From an uncultured Candidatus Saccharibacteria bacterium (GTDB lineage: Bacteria > Patescibacteriota > Minisyncoccia > Phycocordibacterales > SBAW01): a DNA stretch of 64,000 bases. Where the stretch lies: NCBI GenBank assembly GCA_964650645.1, contig CAZYUH010000001.1:283032-347031 (forward strand), read 5' to 3'. Below are positions 57,317 through 64,000 of the stretch, piece by piece (positions within the stretch are counted from its first letter, which is position 1; every line of letters starts with the position of its first letter). The notes beneath the pieces were generated by a model that did no database searches, was not told the origin of the DNA, and saw only the letters and a program-made list of their open reading frames with translations. The translations under genes were made by a program, and so were the position numbers.

Positions 57317-59560
57317 CTACAACGCCTCTTCCGGGGAGGGGGCGGCCGCGGGTGCGGGGCCGGCGCCCTTGTCCAATATGTCGCGGGGCTTGGCGCCGTT
57401 TGCCGGGCCTATGACGCCTTTCGCCTCGAGCGCGTCCATGATGCGCGCCGCGCGCGCGTACCCGATGCTGAGCCGCCGCTGCAGGAACGAGGTGGAGGCC
57501 TTGCCGCTTTCAACGACCACGCGGCGCGCCTGCTCGACCATGTCGTCGTCCACGTCCTCATCGTCGCCGAAGCCGCCGCTCGAGCCGCCCGCGGACGAGC
57601 CCAGGCCCACGCCGTCCGAGCCCTGCTGGGCGGGCGCTATCTCGACCGGCACCTCGGCCTCGTTGTTGTCGGCGATGAAGTCCACAATCTTCTTCACCTC
57701 CGCCTCGCTTACGAACGCGTTCTGGAGGCGCACCGGCTTGTTCATGTCGGCCGACAGGTACAGCATGTCGCCCGCGCCCAAAAGGCTCTCGGCGCCGCCC
57801 TGGTCGAGTATCGTGCGGCTGTCTATCTGGCTGGCGACCTGCAAGGCGATGCGGGCGGGCACGTTGGCCTTAATAAGGCCCGTGATGACGTTAACGGAGG
57901 GGCGCTGGGTCGAGAGTATGAGGTGTATGCCCACGGCGCGCGACATCTGCGCCAGGCGCACGATGCCGGCCTCCAGCTCGCGCGGGTAGCTCTGCATGAT
58001 GTCGGCAAGCTCGTCTATGACGATGACGATGTAGGGCATGGCCTCGGGGACCGGCTCGCCCTCAGTCGCGCCCTGCTTCTTTATCTTTTCAAGCTGGGGC
58101 GCCAGCACGGTGGTGTGGTACGACTCGATGTCGCGCACGCGGTGCTCCTCAAGCAGGTTGTAGCGCCGCTCCATTTCCTTGCCGGCCCAGCGCAGGGCCA
58201 TAATCGCCTTCTTGGCATCGGTGATGACGGGGGTCAGAAGGTGGGGAAGCGAGCGGTACAGGGTAAGTTCCACGCGCTTGGGGTCGATGAATATGAAGCG
58301 AAGCTGCGAGGGGCCGCACCTATAAAGAAGGGAGGTGATGATGGTATGGATGGCGACCGACTTGCCCGAGCCGGTGGCGCCCGCAATGAGCGCGTGCGGC
58401 ATTTTTGCCACGTTAGAAAACAGCGAGCCGCCCGCAATGTCGCGCCCGAGCGCCACCATGAGCGGCTTGTGCGAGTCCTGGAACTCGGAGGCCTCCAGGA
58501 GCGTGCCGAGGCCCACGGTCACTTTGGCCGAGTTGGGGACCTCGATGCCTACCAGCGCCTTGCCGGGTATGGGCGCCTCGATGCGGATGCCGCCCTTTGC
58601 GGCCAGGGCAAGGGCGAGGTTCTGCTGGAGCGCGACTATTTTAGAAAGCCGCACGCCCTCGGCCGGCTTTATGGCGTAGCGCGTGACCGACGGGCCTATG
58701 GATATCTCGTCGAGCTCTATCTGCACGCCGAAGTTGGCCAGCGTGCGCTTGATGATGTTGGCGTTCCCTTTTATGTCGCCGACGCCCGGGCGGCCCTTGT
58801 CGCGCTCAAGAAGCGACAGGGGCGGGGGCGTATATGTGCCCAAAAGGGACTTCAGCGAGAGCGCGGCGGCCTTGGCCTGCTGTGCGGCCGTATCCACCTT
58901 GGCTGCGGCCGCGGCCATGGCCGGGCGCGGCGGCACCGGCTCGCCGGCTTGGGCGGGCTCGGGCCTCTGGGCCGCTCCGGCATCTTCTTCGTCCTCGTCC
59001 TCCTCTCCGGTAAAGCCTGTTACGACAGGCTCGCCGCCTGCCTCCTTTTTGCGCCACAGCGACGACACGAGCGCCCATGCGCCCGCGAAGGGCTGCATGC
59101 TGATGCGCCCCTCAAGCAATAAGAGGAGCGATATGAGGAGCAGGCCGCCGAGCCCGATGACCGCCGCGTATATATCGAAGTACTTGACCGCCGGGTCGGC
59201 TATGGCCCGGCCGAAGAACCCTCCCTTGCCTGACACTATCTGTATGAACCCGAGCCCGGTGACCAAAAAGAGCACGCTCGATACGAGCTTGAGCGGGCCC
59301 ACGCTCGGGCGTTCCTCGCGCAGGGCCGCCCCGCCGAGCATGAAGAAGAGTATAGGCAGAAGGAAGTACCCGACGCCCAGGAGGTTGCCGAACAGTATGT
59401 AGGCGTCCGAGCCCGCGGGCCCGGCGGCGCCGAACCCCGCCAGGGTAAGCACCGCGCCCACAATAATAAGGAGCACTGCCACTATGGCCCTGAAGGTGTC
59501 TTTGGGTACGCTGGCAAGCGGCTTCTTGCCGGAGGAGGACTTGCCGTTCTTCTTTGCCAT
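57317..59560 (-). CDS. ftsK: DNA translocase FtsK/SpoIIIE
   Basis: N-terminal TMs, PHALIAGATGSGKS, IDPKRVEL, IDELAD, TQRPS, gamma domain LQRRLSIGYARAAR. Confidence 0.97.
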   Translation of the reverse strand: MAKKNGKSSSGKKPLASVPKDTFRAIVAVLLIIVGAVLTLAGFGAAGPAGSDAYILFGNLLGVGYFLLPILFFMLGGAALREERPSVGPLKLVSSVLFLVTGLGFIQIVSGKGGFFGRAIADPAVKYFDIYAAVIGLGGLLLISLLLLLEGRISMQPFAGAWALVSSLWRKKEAGGEPVVTGFTGEEDEDEEDAGAAQRPEPAQAGEPVPPRPAMAAAAAKVDTAAQQAKAAALSLKSLLGTYTPPPLSLLERDKGRPGVGDIKGNANIIKRTLANFGVQIELDEISIGPSVTRYAIKPAEGVRLSKIVALQQNLALALAAKGGIRIEAPIPGKALVGIEVPNSAKVTVGLGTLLEASEFQDSHKPLMVALGRDIAGGSLFSNVAKMPHALIAGATGSGKSVAIHTIITSLLYRCGPSQLRFIFIDPKRVELTLYRSLPHLLTPVITDAKKAIMALRWAGKEMERRYNLLEEHRVRDIESYHTTVLAPQLEKIKKQGATEGEPVPEAMPYIVIVIDELADIMQSYPRELEAGIVRLAQMSRAVGIHLILSTQRPSVNVITGLIKANVPARIALQVASQIDSRTILDQGGAESLLGAGDMLYLSADMNKPVRLQNAFVSEAEVKKIVDFIADNNEAEVPVEIAPAQQGSDGVGLGSSAGGSSGGFGDDEDVDDDMVEQARRVVVESGKASTSFLQRRLSIGYARAARIMDALEAKGVIGPANGAKPRDILDKGAGPAPAAAPSPEEAL

Positions 59561-59676
59561 GATGTGCAAATAATACCATGGGCGCGCCTCAAAATTCCGT
59601 ACCCTTTAAAGCTTGCCTCCGGCACGCGCGGCCTAATGGCGAACCTTGTCTTTGGGCGCTCCCTTGCTACACTTAG

Positions 59677-59815
59677 GGACATACTCTGTCCAATAAAGTC
59701 CTTTAAATGTAAAGGACAACATACAGACAACGGAGCGCAATAAAGGTCAAAAGAATGTCAGACAAAAGGTCAAAATTCCATGAATTCGCTTTAAAATCAA
59801 TCCTTTTTAAAGGAC
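59677..59815. promoter_or_regulatory. Cluster of AAAGG(A/T)CA / TGTCC sites (putative operator array)
   Basis: GGACA-5-TGTCC, GTCCTTTA-4-TAAAGGAC, two AAAGGTCAAAA and TCCTTT-2-AAAGGA, immediately after TGcTACACT. Confidence 0.55.
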
Positions 59816-60471
59816 GCTATGACTGGTATTTCTGTTACCTAAAAACTGAGAAAATAGCCCATGTGCTCGCGGTGCTGGAGCGCAGGGTGGAGGGAGGCGA
59901 GGGCCGTGTCCAGGAAATAGCGACCCGCGCCGCCGCCTTGCCCGGCGACATCGCCCACTTGGCCGCCGGCGAAATAGACGCGCCGGTGGTGCTTGCGGAT
60001 ATATTCTCGCTCCTGTGCGCGGTGCGCCTGGCCACGACGGAAGAGCTTATCCATAAGGAAACCGGCTCTATTTTAGAGTCCGAGTACGAAGCCGTGGCCG
60101 AACGGCTCATGGCGGGGAGCCACCCGTCGCCGTTCGTCAGGGTAGAGGACTTCCATGTGCCGCACCTCTCGCTTGAAAGCGGCCACACACGCATAACGGA
60201 CGACGACATGCCGCATACTGTCTTTGAGCGTCCTATAAAACAGGACACCCGAAAAGGACAATCAGGCGAGCCATATAAAGGACAAAATGAGCGGGCTGAG
60301 CGCATTCTTGACTATATCCGCCTTAAGAAGAGCGTCTCTATAAAAGAAATTGCCGCAACTATAAAGGGGTGTAGTGAAAAGACTATTCAGCGCGAGCTCA
60401 TACTATTAATACAGAAGGGGCTAGTGCGGCGGGTAGGCGAGCGTCGTTGGAGCCAGTACGAGCCTGTCTAA
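59755..60471 (+). CDS. Helical N-domain + C-terminal DeoR-like winged HTH protein
   Basis: RAERILDYI..VSIKEIA..CSEKTIQRELILL..GLV..GERRW. Confidence 0.85.
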   Translation: MSDKRSKFHEFALKSILFKGRYDWYFCYLKTEKIAHVLAVLERRVEGGEGRVQEIATRAAALPGDIAHLAAGEIDAPVVLADIFSLLCAVRLATTEELIHKETGSILESEYEAVAERLMAGSHPSPFVRVEDFHVPHLSLESGHTRITDDDMPHTVFERPIKQDTRKGQSGEPYKGQNERAERILDYIRLKKSVSIKEIAATIKGCSEKTIQRELILLIQKGLVRRVGERRWSQYEPV

Positions 60472-60938
60472 GAATAAGCGCTTAAAATCGAGGCAGGCGT
60501 ACGGCTTTACAACAACACACGCTATTTATTTTGTCTATTGCCTCCAAGGTTCCGCTGATGTAGGGTAGGCGGGTCCTCTGGACCTTGGGTAACGGGCTGT
60601 TGAGAGCCTTCAAGTGAGGGTCCTCCAGTCTAAAAATCCAATACGCTTTACGCGCGTTGTCCACAGGGCGTGTGCGTTCGCCTTTAATTGCTCAGCTATA
60701 CTACTGAGTGACCTCTGAGTTAGAGGGGCGCGTTCGTTGACAATTGCCCTGCATACATACTCCCGCTTCACCTTGTCCCGTCACGGAAAGATTACGACTG
60801 ATACTCCGTCTACATTTTTGCTACCCAACCTCCTGCCCGAAGAGTCGAGAGGCTCCACAGCAGGGGAGGTAGAACATGTTCTACGTGCGGTTCGATTACT
60901 CGTGTTTACCAGTAATTATTCGTTGCAGTAAGAAGATT

Positions 60939-62993
60939 ATGACTATTACCAACAGCTCCACCCGCCTCGCTGCGCTCGTCGCAGGCGTCGCAGTTGCTAT
61001 CGCGCTCATGGGCGCAGTTGCAGTTGCTCCGGCGCAGGCCGCAGGCCTTTCGGCCTCGCAGGTCCAGGCAATCGTATCCCTGCTCGCATCGTTCGGTGCT
61101 GACCAGGCTACGATAAGCAACGTTACCGCGGCCCTCAACGGCCAGGCAACGACGGGCACTGGCTCCACCGGCGGTTCCACCACCGGCGGCACCTGCCCGG
61201 TCCTTACCCGCTCCCTTCAGTTGGGCTCCACTGGCGCGGACGTCCTGTCCCTCCAGCAGTTCCTCAACGCTAACGCAAGCACCCGCGTATCGGTATCCGG
61301 CGCAGGCTCTCCCGGCATGGAGACCACCTACTTCGGCCCGGCTACCCAGGCTGCGGTTATCAAGTTCCAGGCCGCTAACAACGTCTCCGCAATCGGCGTA
61401 GTCGGTCCGGCTACCCGTGCGGCTATCGCGGCAGTCTGCGGCACGACCGGCGGTTCTACCGGCGGCTCGACCGGCGGCAGCACCGGCGGTTCTACCGGCG
61501 GCGCCCTCTCGGGCGGCGAGGCGGACCTCCGCGACTTCGACCTCATCTCGGGCGACGACCTCATGGAGGGCGACTCGAACGTTGAGATCGCTGTTGCTCG
61601 CTTCGATGTCGACGGCGGCGATGCCCAGGTGCAGCGCGTAACCCTCGACTTCCAGGCCACCAATGGCAGCCTTGAGGAGCAGCCGTGGAAGTTCATCGAC
61701 ACGCTCGCCGTCTACAACGGCAGCACCAAGGTGGGCTCGGTTGACGCCTCCTCGAAGTCCGACTGGGACAAGGAGGATGATGACGCCGACCACGCTGGCT
61801 CGGTCGACTTCTACACCATCGACATCCCGGTCAACACGATCATCCGCGAGGATGACCGCGCAGAGCTCTCTATCCGCGCTGACGCGCAGAGCAACATCGA
61901 TGATGCTGACGAGGCTCAGACCTTCTATGTCCAGGTTCCGACCGACGGCATCCGCGCTGTCGATGCCAAGGGCATCCAGCAGTACACCGGCGACGGTGAG
62001 GAGGTTACCCTCGGCTTCGATGCCGCAGAGAACGGCGACATCACCATCCGCGAGACCTCTGACAACCCTGACGCGACCGTGCTTGTTGCTGACAGCGATG
62101 AGACTTCGAATGAGTTCACCGTCCTCGCGGGCGAGTTCAAGAACGATGATGACGCTGACGCGCTCCTCAACAGCTTGACCTTCCAGGTTGCGACTTCGTC
62201 CGCTACCGGCGGCGCAGGCGACATCAGCGATATCATCCGCACCGCTACCCTTACGGTAGACGGCGATGACTTCGACTGCGATGTCAATGCGAACAACACC
62301 GTTGACTGCGATGACCTCGACGTTACCCTCGCGGGCGACGACACGACGGACTTCTCGCTCGCTATCGAGCTCTTCGCTCAGAGCGGCCGCTACGCTGCGA
62401 CCGGTGAGTCCCTCACCTTCTCGCTCGCGAACGCCGATGCTGATATCGAGGGCGAGGACACTGGCGATGCTTCGACCAAGTCCGGCTCCGTACAGGGCGA
62501 GCAGCAGTCCATCACGACTGATGCTGGCATCAACGTAGCAGGCAGCACGATGAGCGGCGCTGAGACCTACAACAGCACTTCTCCGGCAAGCAGCTACGGT
62601 ACCTTCACCCTGAAGTTCAGCGTCACCGCAGACGGCGATGATGTGTACATTCCTAAGACCGTTGGCGATAGCGTTACGACCGCTTCTACCACTTACCTCG
62701 GCGTAATAGTGGATACGGACATCAACGCTTCGTCCACCTCTTCGGGTGTTACCACGTCGGTCACCTCGACTGCTGACTCTGAGAACTCCATGTTCTACGT
62801 CATCCACGACGGCGACTCGGAGACCTTCACGATCAGCGTCCGCATCGATCCGACCGATACTGGCTTCTACCAGGTCGGCCTCGACAAGGTCCGCTTCTCG
62901 ACCACGGCTACCGACCTCAACAGTCTCCAGACTCTCGAGGTTGACCAGACCAAGGACGAGTTCCAGACCAGCCCGGTCAGCATCTCTAACTAA
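60939..62993 (+). CDS. Large secreted protein with peptidoglycan-binding domain (S-layer-like)
   Basis: Signal peptide, LTRSLQLGSTG.DV..LQQFLN..YFGPATQAAVIKFQ, GGSTG linkers, acidic beta-rich body, strongly biased codons. Confidence 0.85.
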   Translation: MTITNSSTRLAALVAGVAVAIALMGAVAVAPAQAAGLSASQVQAIVSLLASFGADQATISNVTAALNGQATTGTGSTGGSTTGGTCPVLTRSLQLGSTGADVLSLQQFLNANASTRVSVSGAGSPGMETTYFGPATQAAVIKFQAANNVSAIGVVGPATRAAIAAVCGTTGGSTGGSTGGSTGGSTGGALSGGEADLRDFDLISGDDLMEGDSNVEIAVARFDVDGGDAQVQRVTLDFQATNGSLEEQPWKFIDTLAVYNGSTKVGSVDASSKSDWDKEDDDADHAGSVDFYTIDIPVNTIIREDDRAELSIRADAQSNIDDADEAQTFYVQVPTDGIRAVDAKGIQQYTGDGEEVTLGFDAAENGDITIRETSDNPDATVLVADSDETSNEFTVLAGEFKNDDDADALLNSLTFQVATSSATGGAGDISDIIRTATLTVDGDDFDCDVNANNTVDCDDLDVTLAGDDTTDFSLAIELFAQSGRYAATGESLTFSLANADADIEGEDTGDASTKSGSVQGEQQSITTDAGINVAGSTMSGAETYNSTSPASSYGTFTLKFSVTADGDDVYIPKTVGDSVTTASTTYLGVIVDTDINASSTSSGVTTSVTSTADSENSMFYVIHDGDSETFTISVRIDPTDTGFYQVGLDKVRFSTTATDLNSLQTLEVDQTKDEFQTSPVSISN

Positions 62994-63037
62994 TAGCTTC
63001 GAGAGCGATCTCAACAGCTTAAGTTAGCTGACGCAAG

Positions 63038-63068
63038 CAAAAACTCCCCCGCAAGGGGGAGTTTTTGC
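63038..63068 (+). terminator. Intrinsic terminator
   Basis: CAAAAACTCCCCC-gcaa-GGGGGAGTTTTTG. Confidence 0.85.
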
Positions 63069-63168
63069 GTTATGGGGCAGGGGACAAGGGTGCGTGCAGG
63101 ACAGGAAGGGAGGTATGATTAGGGTAGTTGTTGTTTGGTCTGCATTTATTTCCTAACCCCTTATCGCC

Positions 63169-64000
63169 ATGCCTTCATCATTATCCTCATCGCTCATCAG
63201 GAGCATTGCGCTCGCGGCGCTCGCCGTCCTTGCGCTCCTCGTGTCCTTTGCGGCTGCACCGCACCGGGCCCGTGCCGCAGCCCTAACCCTGTCGACCGCG
63301 ACAACCACCTCAAGCAACGCCTCAACCACGCTCGCCAAGGTGGGCGATACCGTTTCCTACCGGATCGTGCTCTCCGGCACTCCCTGGGAAGCTCCTAAGA
63401 TAAACATCCTGAACATGGGCACGACTACCATGTCCGGTTCGGGAACCGCGTACATCTACTCGACGACGACCACGAGCGCGTGGACTAACGGTGCGGTGCC
63501 GTTCTACTTCTCGTTCGGCGGGACGACCGCGGGAGACGCGACCACTACCAAGTCGCAGGCCGACATAACGAGCGGCGGCAATGTCCGCTTCGACAAGACC
63601 GCGCCTACCGTCAACTCCCTCGCGTCCGATGCGGGCTCGGCAGGAGTGCTCAAGGTGGGCGATACGATCGTCTTTACCATGACGCCCGCCGCGCCCGAAT
63701 ACGGCGCTACGATGACCGGCTCCTATAACGGCCGCTCGCTTACGTGGAGCACCGCCAACAGCGGGACGACGTATACGGCAACCTATACCGTAACCGAAGG
63801 GGATACCGACCAGGCTTCCGCCCTCCAGATGACTGGCGCTGTCATTACCGATGCGGCGGGCAATGCCGCAGGCGCCGCAGCAACCCTTAACGTCGCAAAG
63901 ACAATCGATGCCAATTCGCCGGCAACTCCCACGGCAGGCACGCCTGCCGGCTCCTACTCGTCCAGCCGGAGCGTCACGCTCTCCTCGACCGGCTCCGACA
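63169..64000 (+). CDS. Secreted Ig-like repeat protein, runs off window end
   Basis: Manual translation MPSSLSSSLIRSIALAALAV..., repeated KVGDT, DKTAPT, TDAAGN; open to 64000. Confidence 0.85.
   Translation, partial: MPSSLSSSLIRSIALAALAVLALLVSFAAAPHRARAAALTLSTATTTSSNASTTLAKVGDTVSYRIVLSGTPWEAPKINILNMGTTTMSGSGTAYIYSTTTTSAWTNGAVPFYFSFGGTTAGDATTTKSQADITSGGNVRFDKTAPTVNSLASDAGSAGVLKVGDTIVFTMTPAAPEYGATMTGSYNGRSLTWSTANSGTTYTATYTVTEGDTDQASALQMTGAVITDAAGNAAGAAATLNVAKTIDANSPATPTAGTPAGSYSSSRSVTLSSTGSD

Noticed and set aside
57266-59122. Long antisense or alternative-frame ORFs (also 959-1909, 5781-7145, 12061-13350, 48172-50022, 60906-63014)
   Set aside because: Shadow ORFs of well-supported genes in GC-rich DNA.
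61444-61503. GGSTG-coding tandem repeats in the S-layer-like gene
   Set aside because: An ordinary flexible linker with synonymous variation.

Overview
GC-rich, gene-dense chromosomal segment of a reduced-genome bacterium. It is most likely Patescibacteria/CPR (Parcubacteria-like). This is inferred from rplK with no rplA after it, the shortened PolA, HolA and YebC, a non-canonical EF-P loop, an IleRS with a phosphatase insert, and CPR-type surface proteins. About 65 CDSs, mostly housekeeping: tyrS, argS, ileS, glyQS, metG, ruvABC, recA, recO, polA, ftsK, ribosomal proteins, secE-nusG-rplK, PBP, murE and a PilB-type ATPase. There is also a complete dTTP cluster (tmk-like, thyX, tmk, dcd, dut, glyA) and 8 tRNA genes. 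No integrase, transposase, CRISPR or rRNA was seen. The most striking unexplained structure is a family of ~130-nt three-hairpin elements found only directly behind tRNA genes (6 of 8), sometimes in tandem. They show compensatory base changes, fixed loop sequences and locus-specific antisense copies of the adjacent tRNA 3' end. Other highlights: a 6S-RNA-like hairpin at 5642-5802, an HTH gene next to ftsK surrounded and interrupted by AAAGG(A/T)CA sites, widespread leaderless promoter geometry, and a 45-aa hyper-acidic microprotein missed by the ORF track. All assignments come from reading the sequence by eye; no database search was run.
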